Assembly (NCBI RefSeq): GCF_032062105.1
Contig: NW_026930969.1
Location: 1-64,000 of the forward strand
Direction: 5' to 3'
Origin: Saccostrea cucullata
Taxonomy: Eukaryota
Length of the DNA: 64,000 nucleotides
In this document: positions 1-12,235 of the stretch, piece by piece
Layout: each line of letters begins with the position of its first letter
How positions within the stretch are numbered: the first letter of the stretch is position 1
Notes under the pieces: generated by a model
The model's input: only the letters and a program-made list of their open reading frames with translations
The model's database searches: none
Told to the model about the DNA's origin: nothing
Made by a program: the position numbers and the translations under genes

Positions 1-933
1 AAGTATCGAAACTTTCGAGTCCATGACTTATTTTATCAATGTCAAACAAAATGAATACCGGTTTGTGATTAGGTTGTAAACGCTGTATCCGGATTTGATG
101 CGTTGCTTTATCGTCAAAAGTTATGCTATATTGCAATTCAATATTTATATACATTGTGATTCGAACTTCCTGCTAACTTCCCTTTTATATGGTCCAAGTA
201 AAAGGAGAGTGCTTGCATACCCCCTCCACCCCCTTTCACTCAAAATTTTAATCTATTATATGAAGTTACAGAACAGTTTTAAAGAGGGCATAAAAGAGAT
301 CAAATCTTACATTTTCAACAACACTTTGTTAATATAACCGATTTAAAAGAAATCAAAAGCTAAAATCTGTTTTTAATAAATAAAATACACAGCAAATATT
401 TTGTATAAAAAATTGAAGCGATATATGGTCCTAAAAGTAGGATCATTAAGACTTTTTCAACTGTCTTCAACATTATTTCAGCGCAGCAACTGTTACATAG
501 TTATTAATTATTTTAATCAAGCTTTAAATGCTTCATAATCCCAAGGCTAGATATCAGAATGAAGGTAAAGTATGCTAGGAATTCATGTACATTGTATTTT
601 TTTAATGAATTGTATTTTAAAAATTCTCAGAAGGTGGAGGTTACTCTACTCACATGGTATATGTATGATAATTAAAATCACCATCCGTGAAAAAAAATGT
701 TGCAACTGTAATGGCAGATATAAAAATATTTTCTATAGAAAACCGTGTTACGAGAATTTTAAGATAATTTCAAGATTGTTCCACAAAATTTGGGCAACCT
801 GAATTTGGTATTGACAACAAGCTATGTGTGACTACTAGGCGATATACTTTCGCTGTATGTTTGATTCCTAACTGAGAGAGTATATCTGTCGCATCTTCTT
901 TTTTCACCATCGTATGCCTATATCTTGATAGTC

Positions 934-1108
934 GCCCGTGTGGCGCAGTGGTAAAGCATTTGCTCTAGGGTAGAGTCAAGGATAAGAAATCCTTACATCG
1001 CAGGTTCGAATTCCACGGCAAGACGTTGAAACGGGTCTTTTGTATCAAGGTTCCTGGAACGAAAAAAAGATTCTACACTTCTCAATGACCATATAGTGCT
1101 AAGTATAG
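934..1108 (+). mobile_element. tRNA-derived SINE, 5' part, cut off by the HINE starting at ~1109
   Basis: A-box TGGCGCAGTGG (941-951), B-box GGTTCGAATTCC (1003-1014), acceptor-like GCCCGTG/CACGGC. The downstream body (tggaacgaaaaaaagattc...ctcaatgacc...agtgctaagtatag) resembles the SINE body at 6600-6780. Confidence 0.6.
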
Positions 1109-1418
1109 TTATACCCCCTGCTTGAAAAGCGGGAGGGTATATAGTAATCGGTATGTCCGTCCGTCCGTCCGTCTGTCTGTTACTCTTTGGGGACCCATCT
1201 CTTATTCGTAACTCCTCTTATACCACTGAGTGAAATTTAATGAAACTTTCACAGAATCTTTATTACATATTGCCATTGTGCACCTCCTATTTTGACTTTT
1301 TGATACGATACATATTTTGGGTTTCCCGGCCACAGCAAAACATGGACTTTGCCATTATAACCATGTGGGAGGCGGGGGTATCATTTAGTCAAGCTCATTG
1401 CTCACAGCACCTTTAGTT
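1109..1418 (+). mobile_element. Short non-autonomous Helentron-type (HINE/pearl-like) element, copy 1
   Basis: 5' hairpin ttataccccctgcttgaaaagcgggagggtata, (GTCC)n microsatellite, 3' subterminal repeat ggcgggggtat and ctcacagcacctttagtt end. Near-identical copies at 1815-2041 (-) and 2716-3013 (+). Confidence 0.75.
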
Positions 1419-1562
1419 TAATTACTATCAAAATTATTTCAAATGTTATCTTAATCTTATGTGTTCTCAGTCGTTGGTCTTAAGACCCGAGGCTCCATGC
1501 AATGAATCCCTTTTACATTTACATTTCTGTATCACATTTAGCGCGTCTATACTTGGTCCCTT

Positions 1563-1791
1563 TCTTGGGCGGTCATGTTCTCTATATTCATAGTAATTCA
1601 ATCTTGGGCGGTCATGTTCTATATATTCACAGTAATTCAATCTTGGGCGGTCATGTTCTATATATTCATAGTAATTCGTATATGAATATATAGAACATGA
1701 CTTGGGAGTCCCGTGTGGCCGATCATGACTTGGCCGGGATTGTAAACATGACCGCCCAAGATTGAATTACTATGAATATATAGAACATGAC
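1563..1791. repeat. 39-bp tandem repeat x3 followed by inverted copies (local fold-back)
   Basis: Unit tcttgggcggtcatgttctatatattcatagtaattcaa starts at 1563, 1602 and 1641. Perfect 21-bp stem 1650-1670/1681-1701; a further inverted copy at ~1745-1791. Confidence 0.9.
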
Positions 1792-1814
1792 TTGGGGGTC
1801 CCCTGTGGCTTTCC

Positions 1815-2041
1815 ATAGTTTTGCTATGGGGAACCCAAAATATGTGTCAGATCAAAAAGTAAAAATAAAATAGGAGGTGCACTATGGCAATGTGTAATAA
1901 AGATTCTGTGAACGTTTCATCAACTTTCATTCAGTGGTATAAGAGGAGTTGCGGATAAGAGATGGGTACCCCAAAGCGTAACAGACAGACGGACGGACAT
2001 ACCGATTACTACATACCCTCCCGCTTTAAAGCGGGGGATAT
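1815..2041 (-). mobile_element. HINE-type element, copy 2 (inverted, 3' truncated)
   Basis: Reverse complement of ~1109-1340, including (GGAC)n and the terminal hairpin. Confidence 0.75.
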
Positions 2042-2715
2042 AAATATTCGATAGGAAACGTAGTTAATGATATTTCAGAATGAGAAGATGTATAATATTT
2101 TTTAAATATAATTTCACACACATAATTAAATAACAAAACTTTCTTTTTTACGATGAAGGCAAGAACACACTGTGCATGAGTATTGCATGTGATGGTGGAA
2201 ATAAATTATATAAAGCCGAAAATTGTACAGTTCCACTGACTCCATATTGTTCCAATAATAAAAGTAAGTAAAAAATCAATCACAAAAGAAGACAGCATAT
2301 CTGTTTCATCTTTTTCATAATTAGATGTTTTACTGACTATAGGCGAGAAAAGGCCAACTCGTAACAAAATTGTATAACAAATTACTATATAACCTCCCAC
2401 TTTTCAAGCGGGAGGGGGTATAACGAGGTGGCTTAATTCAGCTTTCCTTATTTTTGAAGTAATAATACGCAATCATCTGCATAAGTTGTTTATATCTTCC
2501 AACTAATTTGATAATGAGAAGCATGCTTTGAGTACGATGAAATTTTAAAACTTACAATTTTAAAATTAAAACCGAGGCAGTTTACTCACAAATAATTTGA
2601 TGTAACAGGGGATTCAGCAACTTTGTTTCAAGTCAGCATTTCGTAAATTCTATGGTCTTATAGTGATCATGTCAACAAATTATCTTACCATTGTTACGTA
2701 CTTCGGCTGACTTAT

Positions 2716-3013
2716 TATAACTCCCGCTTGAAAAATGGGAGGGTATGTAGTAATCGGTATGTCCGTCCGTCCGTCTGTTACGCTTTGGGGTACCCATCTC
2801 TTATCCGCAACTCCTCTTAAACCACTGAGTGAAATTTAATGAACTTTCACAGAATCTTTATTACATATTGCCATTGTGCACCTCTTATTTTATTTTTTGA
2901 TCCGATACATATTTTGGGTTTTCCGGCCACAGCAAAACATGGACTTCTTCCATTATAATCATACGAGAGGCGGGGGTATCATTTAGTGAGCTAATTGCTC
3001 ACAGTACCTCTAG
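2716..3013 (+). mobile_element. HINE-type element, copy 3
   Basis: Full-length match to 1109-1418. An isolated 5' terminus of the same family lies at ~2381-2423 (-). Confidence 0.75.
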
Positions 3014-3209
3014 TGTAATACAAATTTAAGGCCTAAGTTGATTGTATTAAATCTCACTACGACTGGATCAAAACTTAAGGCTCACAGCGGTTGTGACTAG
3101 TAATCGGGGGAATACTTACTCCTCCAATGCACCTGATCCCATCTCTAATGCTTTAGAGGTCCGTGTTTATGCCTTGTTTACAAATTTGCATTTGTGTGTT
3201 GTTTTTGTT

Positions 3210-3622
3210 TTTATGACACCTCGGGAGTATATATCTTTGCCCTGTCAGCTGATTGACCGCAAAAACGTTAACCTTATCCACGATTTTTGATTTGTTGGAG
3301 CTATGGCTTTCATATTTCACACGTATATTCCTTGTGACATGCCTCTCTTTGGGTGCCAACATATATATTTTACCTCTAGACCCTGAACTTGGAGTTTGAC
3401 CCATGTTTTAAATATTTTAATCTTGGCCATAACCTTTGAATGGTTAGTACTTGAGCTTTCACATTTCACAGGTGTATTCACTTACACAAGTCATTGGGGG
3501 GGGGGGGGGGCTAACATCTTTTTTGATCTCTTGACCTTGGAATTTGATTTGTATTTGTGAAACTTGCATCTTCACCAAAAGCTGTCATTCGGGGTACCAG
3601 TGTTTCACAAACGCATCTTTTT
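3210..3622 (+). mobile_element. Degenerate CvA/pearl-like HINE
   Basis: Internal gaccttg/ctttcatatttcac repeats and the gggtaccagtgtttcacaaacgcatctt 3' end shared with 7760-7790, 10453-10800 (-) and 38890-39635. Confidence 0.5.
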
Positions 3623-3743
3623 TGTAGATTGATCACTGTTCTGCTGTTCTTTATTTTCACCTTTTTTAGACATGTTTTTTACTAATATACACATGATTGT
3701 CAATGGCAAGAAAAAAAAAGAGCTAATGTATATGTTTGTTTAG

Positions 3744-6700
3744 CAGCAGGTACAGCAGGGACTTGGAATGTTAGTAATGCTATGTGTTTGAAAGAAAACG
3801 GTTATTTAGATGGCGAAGCAAATTTAGATGACCCAACGGGAAAATGCAATGAGATTAGGGCTCGATTTCCAACTACTTACCTCTTTTGGATTGGCATTCG
3901 CAGACAAGTGTACAAAACTGCCGATAAAGGTATGAATAGTACAACACCTCCTATTTCATATGGCATTTCAAATTTTTTTTACGTCGGATTATGCGAAAGA
4001 CTTTGCGTGCTTATGTTTATTTTTTTTTGTAGGGTACCCAACTGAATCCAATTCTTTGACAGAATGTGAGTTTTTAAACGGAAGGGATTTTTCAACGATG
4101 CAGACAAACAACTGCAAAAAGAAATACTATGCTGTTTGTCTGGTAAGAAATATTTCTATATTGAGGGAGAGCTGGGTTTCTCCTTTTTTGTTTGCCCTGC
4201 GCTCAGACATTTTTTTTATATTTGAGATGTCTAATAAGTCCTTTTCACAGAGAACGTCCACTGAATGCCCCGCAACATAATTTCTTTTTCCCAAACAGAA
4301 GCTATTTTTGCGTCTCATATTTATTTGTTTTAACTATTCATTTACTTATTTCGCTACAGCCAATCATTGGAAGTACCCCAGTAGTCAAAATTCCTTTCAA
4401 TTGTCGCATATACTCAGTAGTCATCGTGTTTAAACTTAAAAATCAATTACTAGTAGTAATTTGTAACGAAGTAGAAATGAATGACAAATCTATATTTTCT
4501 CATATTCTTAGGTACCAAACAATATTAGTAATATCAGCAATGCAGATCAGACAGCTAGGGAGGAAAGAGAAAATAATGGTATTTATTTGTTCCTTCTTTT
4601 AATAAAACTAATTTTCCTTAGTTTAAAGTCGTTATTCCGCCGTAGTCAAAGATTCGGGAGGGGCAGGGCATATAGAATTTGGTCTGTTTGTCCGCGTTTA
4701 ACTTTGCACAGACTCTGGAATCATTGTTGGTATTATATTTCACAAGTGTGTCCTTTCTTTAGATACCAGCCTTTTACCTCAAGACAATGACCTTGGAGTT
4801 TGACTTGCACTGAAAATAATTGAACCAAATTTGACGTGATCATAGTTTTTAGCTCACCTGAGCCGAAGGCTCAGGTGAGCTTTTCTGATCACATTTTGTC
4901 CGTCGTCCGTCTGTTCGTCCGTCCGTCTGTAAACTTTTCACATTTTCGACTTCTTCTCAAGAACCACTGGACCAATTTTGACCAAACTTGGTACAAAACA
5001 TTCTTAGGTGAAGGGAAATTTAAATTGTTAAAATGAAGGGCCAAGTCCCCTCACAAGGGGAGATAATACAGAGAAGTCAAAAATAGTGTGGGGTCATTAA
5101 AAAATCTTCTGATGAAGAACCACTTGGACAGAAAAGCTGAAACTTATGTGAAAGCAACCTGGGGTTGTGTAGATTCTAAATTGTTCAAATCATGACCCCG
5201 GGGGATAGGGCGGGGCCATAATGGGGAATCAAAGTTTTACATAGAAATATACTAGTGTAGGAAAAATCTTTGAAAATCTTCTTCTCAAGAACCACTGGGA
5301 CAGAAAACCTGAAACTTATGTGGAAGCATCCTAGGGTACTGTAGATTCTAAATTATTCAAATCATGACCCCCGGGGGACAGGGCGGGGCCACAATGGGGA
5401 ATCAAAGTTTTACATAGAAATATATAGGAAAAAATCTTCTTCTCAAGAACTACTGGGACAGAAAAGCTGAAACTTATGTGGAAGCATCCTGGGGTAGTGT
5501 AAATTCTAAATTGTTCAAATCATGACCCCGGGGGTAGGGCGGGGCCACAATGGGGAATCAAAGTTTTACATAGAAATATATAGGAAAAATCTTTAAAAAT
5601 CTTTTCTCAAGAACCACTGGGACAGAAAAGCTGAAACTTATGTGGAAGCATCCTGGGGTAGTATAGATTCTAAATTGTTCAAATCATGATCCCCGGGGGG
5701 ATAGGGCGGGGCCATAATGGGGAATCAAAGTTTTACATAGAAATATATAGGAAAAATCTATGAAAATCTTCTTCTCAGGAACCACTTGGCCAGAAAAGCT
5801 GAAACTTATGTGGAAGCATCCTGGGGTAGTGTATATTTCAAATTGTCTTAATTTTGATCAGTGGGGTTTGGTGGGGTCACAATATGTATTACAAGGGAGA
5901 AATCTGGTAAAGAACAGAATGGTCGAAGCTTCTCAGGTGAGCGATGTGGCCCATGGGTCTCTTGTTTATGTTGCGCTTTCACATTTCACATGTTTATTTC
6001 CTTTGTCCCTTCTTTGAGTACTAACTAATTTGACCTCATGTCCATGGAGTTTGGTCTACTTTTGAAAATTAAACACTTTTATCTTTGTCGTACTTTTTAA
6101 AGAGCGTTCATGTTCACACATGTTTATTTCTTGCAACAATATCTTTCTTTTAAAAGTACCAACAGCTTTGGCATCTCAACCTTGAAGTTTGACCTACTAA
6201 AAAAAATAACTTTGGAAATATGGTTAATGACAGGGCTTTTTTTGTCATGCAAATTCTTTCTGACAGGACTTTTCATTTGGTACCAACATTTTAGCCTCCA
6301 TGCCTTAGAATTTGACCTACATTAAAAAAAAAATAATAACCTTGGTCTTAAAGAAACACCGTGACGCACAAAAGGGGAAATTAACAAATGTAGAATGTGT
6401 ACATGACCCGTGAAAATTTTGTTCAGTTCCTGAAAGTATAAAGTTTCAGAAAATTACAGGTTTCAGAACTTAGAAAATCTATTTACATGAAGAAAAATAT
6501 AAGTAAAAATAATTTCAGTATGCCCCAGCACGAAACTATTGCTTTACTTCTTCCTCCCTACGAATCCCACAGTGGGACGTGGAGACAGGTCCTTCGGATG
6601 AGAGTGCATAAACCGAGGTCCCGTGTGGCAGTAGGTGCTGGCACGAAAAAGATCCCACCGAGGCCCTCAATGACCCCGAGTGCCGAGCATAGGATAAAAC

Positions 6701-9700
6701 TTGCAGCTCTCCGGCAAGTGGTGGCGCCGTCTCCATATTAGTGAAAAATTCTTGAAAGGAACTTTAAACAACATACAAAAATTCTCCCTCCCTATTGTAA
6801 GCGTGCGCAGAAAAGTTGAATAAGTTTCCATGATTATGGTCTCAAGTACAATTCTTCCATTGGTACAAATCGATTTGCCATTGACTTGTCTTTGGCACCA
6901 TTGTTAAACAATGGTACAATTGGTTGCATTTAAACTGTGAACGGCATATTGGTAAACAAATTATAAAACAACCAAACCATATTGTCAAAGGTGAATAATG
7001 GTATCACTTGGTTACTTATGGTCAGCTATGGTGATCAATGTTTACCAACGGCAAATATTGAGGATTTTTTTCAAATTCAATAAGACGTTTGTTTGCTGCT
7101 GAAACAAAATAAAATTACTTTATGGATATAACTTCATATGAAAACTTGTCTTCATATGATATTCTTTTGCCAAAACAAGTGTTCATTTGTTTCAAATTTG
7201 CAATACTATGTTGAAATAACAGTATTCTCCCTTAAATCATAGTTAAATTCATCTGAAGTGTTATTACTAATAAGGAAACTTCACTCATGCTACCAGGAAC
7301 GGTCCTGGTAGCCATCTTTGGGGTGACTCTAATAAACGAAAAATCTTCTTTGGTAAATCTGCCATAGATGTGGTTGGCCTGCAGAATTGGTAACGAATAA
7401 ATGTTACCATTGGTCAACATTGCTAACAATGTTTTGCCTATGGTAAACTGCAACACCAATTTCAACCAATGGAAGAATTGTGAACTGATAAATGTGTAGT
7501 CTTTTCTTGCTTTACAGTGCAGTTTAGTTGTCATATCTTCGCTATATACTCATAATTTTCATAAATCTTTCTCTGTATGATACAGATATCTATAAAGAAA
7601 CACATGATTTCGACTCATTATGTAACTTTAACTTTTGAATGATTAGTGATAAGGCTTTCATATTTCAAATGTGCTTTTCTTGTGTAGTCTTTGTGAAAAT
7701 TTCTCCAGATAATTTTGTCATCATTACCTAAGTCTTTGGTGATGAGCTATCAGACGGGGGGCATCGGTGTTTCACAAACCCATCTTGTTTTTATACATGC
7801 GCATGCATATGTAACATTTTAATTTCTGTAAGTAAATTTCACAAGTTATCAGACCAGGAATCTTCATAAAATCAGGCTTTTAAGCAATTGTAATTCAAGG
7901 GATGTATGAGGGTTGTTCGAAAAATTCGTGGACGACGTCAATCTAATTTATATTACTCACTAGAAATTTAAAATAAGTACAATATAATATGTTAAAATAT
8001 TTGTTTTGTTGATGTGTGAAGTTTCATTCCATTCGATCGGTGTTTCACAAACCCATCTTGTTTTTATACATGCGCATGCATATGTAACATTTTAATTTCT
8101 GTAAGTAAATTTCACAAGTTATCAGACCAGGAATCTTCATAAAATCAGGCTTTTAAGCAATTGTAACTCAAGGGATATATGAGGGTTGTTCGAAAAATTC
8201 GTGGACGACGTCAATCTAATTTATATTACTCACTAGAAATTTAAAATAAGTACAATATAATATGTTAAAATATTTGTTTTGTTGATGTGTGAAGTTTCAT
8301 TCCATTCGATTTAACAGAAATCATTTTACTTCAGTTTAAAATCAACATGTTTTATACCCGCGGAGCACACTTAACGTCAAAACATAGCATCAAGAATTTC
8401 TTTTAAAAAATAATAATAAATAAAGAAACAAGTAAAATTGATGCAAAGCATCAAATCGGCCGCTAACAAATTTTAGCATGCCAAAAAGTACTTTCACAAT
8501 TCAAAGCATTCATGCGAGGAAAGTACAGGATATTCAAAGCTGAAATAGTGTTCATTTTTATTCCAGACTGTCTTCAAAGCAAAATTAATAAATAAATATT
8601 TTCAGAAATTAAATAGAAATTTTAGTGCGGAATTTGCTCATCCAACGTATTTATCGATGTAAAAAAGTCTATGATTAATATGAGAAATTATTGTCGTCAA
8701 AAGGAAGAAGATGTAGGCCTCTCAAGATGTCCCACGTGCTGATACCCTGGATTTTTGTCAAGGAATAATGTATCTTGTTTCTGTAGAGTAGACTATGCTG
8801 CATGGCGCGGTGCAAAGTGTATAAAAATAATTTTTGTGTCATTCGCAGCTGTACAGCATATTCAAACAAGTTTTTACTAGTTAAGCAACTTTTCAATTTT
8901 TTATTCACCATGCACTTTTACCACTTTATTATTATCCGGAAATTCACGACAATTTCCTTTCGTGTTTTACACACTCCCAGGATGGGGGGTACCTATTGTA
9001 AACTCTTTATTTAACCACAAATAATCAATTATCTGATGCGAAATGATAACGAAATAGAAACATAATAACAAGATTAAAACTTAGTTTAATGTAAGTTTTT
9101 AAAATATTTAACTCATGATTTTATTCATGTAATCATTAGAGAATTATTTCACTGAAGTAATAAAATAATAACATCTCATTTCCCCATGTGCACTTTCTAA
9201 CACAACCACAAATAGATCGGCCGCTGCTGCGGCCGATAATAAATAAAAATACTATCCCTATACAAATCACAGAGTATAATCCAATGTCCATTTATTAAAT
9301 CCTTTCTCTAATATTTGAAATTTATTTTTCAAGAATTGCTCTCGTTGTATATATTCCCTTGTCAAGGTTTTAATTTCTTTAATTACTTAACATCGCTTTC
9401 ACAGGATAAGCAACTCTGAAGCGCATATGTCTTTTCGTGACGTTCCAACTTTTCAACTTTTTTGTTCAGATTTTTACAGTTAAACCGTTTCTTCACAAAT
9501 TGTCCTCACGTGCACCGATACAGAGCCTCTGTCACTCAAATACTACCTGCACTATTTGTACACACATGCACAACTCACTTGTGACATATTTCTTGTTCCT
9601 CCAACATTTTTAGTGTTAATTCAGAATTTTTCCGTGGTAAAACACAAAATTGCATCGTTATCTGCTGCTCCGTGACGTTCTAAAACGTCACCGTTTTTGT

Positions 9701-11508
9701 CGTTTTCAATAAGGACTACTTATCTGCTCAAGTTGATTGCTTTTCAACAAAGCAAAATGCAAAGCCATAATCTTTTATACGAATGGATGTAAAAATTCTG
9801 AATTTGAATTTTTAGGTTGTTTTTCCTTTTTGCTCCATTTTACAGAGAATATGACTTCAGACATTATTTAGTGTTTTGTTTGTAACTCACTAAATTTTGA
9901 CCTGCCCCGCGATCCGATTTTTGCATTATAAAAATCAAGATGTTTTGAATAAATCGTAATATTTTGAAAAAAATTAATTCAAATCATTTGGATTTATTGT
10001 TAAAATATTTCTACCGAATTTGGATAACACATGATGTCAAATAAAAAGATATGACAGTTGTCCACGAACTTTTCGAACAATCCTCGTACATGTATTACCA
10101 CTTTATTTTGTTCTCTAAGTTAAATAAATTGTGATTTTAATGTGAAAAAATCGAAGTTACTTGTAAGTAAAATCTGACAACATTATCAAATTGGTAAGAT
10201 GTAATTTTTTAAACTTAGTCGAAAGCTCTTTGCAAAACAGTTCCCTGTGTTATAGATTCTATTACAGTAAAACTCGATTATCACGAAGTCACTGGGACCT
10301 TTGAAATCCGTAATTCTTTATATCCGTATAAGAATTTGTTAAATTTATATAGCTGGGAATCCAAGAAAAATTCGCTATATCCGTATTCGTTTTAAATGGG
10401 TTTTACTTTATTTGTTTTGTCTTTAAATTATCGTCAATATTATAAAATGTATAACAAGATTTGTTCGTGAAACACAATGCCCCCGATGGTAACACTTCTC
10501 TGGAGTGGGACGTAGACTGAAGTGGTATACACTTGTAAGATGTTTTAAGGGTAGCAAAGGTGGAAATACTGAAGACCTTTCAAATGTAGGTCAAAGGTCA
10601 CAGTTGAGGTCACATGACCAAAAAATTCTGTACCAATAGAAAGGTTTTGTAATAATGAACAATCGTGTCAAATATTAAAAAACCTTACCCTTGACAGCGC
10701 AATAGTTTTGGGCTGGGTTAAAGTTGACAACAGACAGACAGACAGGACAAAAACAATATACTAAGTACCCCCGGGATATTTCGATTCCGGGGCATAATAA
10801 ATGTTCAGAAAATTAGTATAATAATTTAATGTAATTGACTTGAATCAGTTACAGATGATGTTGGTCCTTTGGTTGGCGGGGTATTTGGCGGACTGTTTCT
10901 AATTGCAGGTGTTATTCTCCTGACAATCATTGTCATAAGGTAAAATGACTTTTCAATTAAAACAAAAAATGAGACATCTTCCATCCAGTTTTGATATATA
11001 TACCCTTTCAAACTAACATCCCTTTTTTTCAACAAGTAGAATACAATAAAATCTTTTGTTTAAAAATAGAAATAGCTCTAGCCTTCTCAAATGAGAATAA
11101 ATTAATTCACAATTATATTACAGAAGACATCAAAAAGGGAAAAGAGAAGATCAGAGCACCCTAAAGTTCGAAAGTGAAAACCACACATCCATCAGTGAAC
11201 TAAAGGATAATCAATCAACTGATAATGACAGGTACCCTGAAATGAATAGCAATGACATCAAAGAAGAAACATATTACAAAAGCCAAGATGATTATGATAT
11301 TCTTGGTAAAAGACGATCAAAAATAAAAGGAACTCGGTCTGAAAATATCTATAATCACGCTGAGAGTACCACCAACCAAAATCATTATGCAAGTGCTGCT
11401 CAAGTTTCAAAAAGGATTTCTGGAGAAGATTTGTATGATCATACGAACAACAGTGCATATGGAACTGTATCAGAGATAGACAATGGTAATATGTATAGCG
11501 AAAGCTGA
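3744..11508 (+). CDS. C-type lectin-like domain type I transmembrane receptor with Tyr-rich cytoplasmic tail (5' exon(s) not located)
   Basis: Phase-compatible GT-AG exons 3744-3929, 4033-4142, 4512-4578, 10855-10939 and 11124-11508. CTLD-like TWNVSNAMCLKENGYL...FWIGI...EC...NNCKKKYYAVC; TM LVGGVFGGLFLIAGVILLTIIVI; tail with YDIL, IYNH, LYDH and SAYGTV. Confidence 0.75.
4846..5966 (+). mobile_element. Non-autonomous Helentron (HINE) carrying ~5 copies of a ~166-bp Cg170-type satellite
   Basis: 5' hairpin agctcacctgagcc-gaa-ggctcaggtgagct, (GTCC) microsatellite, ~166-bp tandem units, 3' ctcaggtgagcgatgtggcccatgggtctcttgtt. Inserted in a T-run inside an older degenerate HINE (~4625-6350). Confidence 0.85.
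6560..6780 (+). mobile_element. Mollusc tRNA-SINE body and 3' part
   Basis: aaaccgaggtcccgtgtggcagtaggtgctggcacgaaaaagatccc...gccgagcatagg core with an A-rich tail; similar to 1021-1108. Confidence 0.55.
7763..8308. repeat. 273-bp near-perfect tandem duplication
   Basis: 7763-8035 is repeated at 8036-8308 with about 2 mismatches; it duplicates the left TIR of the mariner-type element. Confidence 0.9.
8180..10086. mobile_element. Non-autonomous Tc1/mariner-type element (~1.9 kb)
   Basis: TIRs tgagggttgttcgaaaaattcgtggac / gtccacgaacttttcgaacaatcctcg flanked by TA on both sides; no transposase ORF. Confidence 0.75.
10263..10410. mobile_element. Degenerate Tc1/pogo-type MITE
   Basis: tacagtaaaactcgattatcacgaa ... 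ttcgttttaaatgggttttacttta imperfect TIRs. Confidence 0.45.
10453..10800 (-). mobile_element. CvA/pearl-like HINE
   Basis: aacaagatttgttcgtgaaacacaatgccccc end, (CAGA)n microsatellite and terminal ccccgg...ccgggg hairpin. Confidence 0.6.
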
Positions 11509-12235
11509 CCATTATAGTAGTTATCCCCCTTAGCTTAAACACAGATCTCATTATTTGTTTAAAGAAATCGTCCATCCTAATAAAGACATGCATAATTTTG
11601 TTGATGAGTATACAAAGACATTCATTTCTCACTGAAATCCATGCCACGCTGTGCCATTGAAAATGAATCGTTAAATTGACATATAAAGTTTACAGGTTAA
11701 ATATACCTTGATACTTCACTGAAAAAAATTTACAATAACATATATGCCCAAAATGATCTAACCTGTTTACATTAAATACTATATGTATTGTTTCATTTGT
11801 ATAACATATGAATCTTTTAAAAGTAGGTGTTTACATATTTCTTCAAATCCAGGAGTGACTATTATTACAATTTTCAATCTGTCAATTAATATAAAACTGC
11901 TTTTACCGTATTTGTTAAATGTATAAATTTATCTTTATTGGTTTATTCTTGTGTCAATAAACAAAAAAAAAAATTTTTTTGACGTAGATAAACTTAAAGT
12001 TTAACATCTTCTGCTGTTCTGCTTCTACTTTTGAAGCCCCTATTACTCCAAATTTGGTGCATTTCCCTTAAAATCTTTTTTTCACCTTCAAGTCACTAGG
12101 ATTATGTTTCATTTCATAAACAACCAAAACTGGATTCAAAACATTGTTCAAAAGTTTGTTTTCATATTTGTATGAGGCAAATCCAAAGGATACCCTTCTT
12201 TTAATACCAATATCTGTATTAGATATCTTCAAGGT

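Noticed and set aside
631-656. Possible upstream micro-exon of the lectin receptor
   Set aside because: In the frame tested it ends in phase 0, incompatible with the phase-1 exon at 3744; no other support.
934-1020. Functional tRNA gene
   Set aside because: A and B boxes are present, but the anticodon arm is not canonical and a SINE body follows.
1502-1693. ORF with LGGHVLYIHSNSI x3
   Set aside because: Translation of the 39-bp tandem repeat lying between transposon copies.
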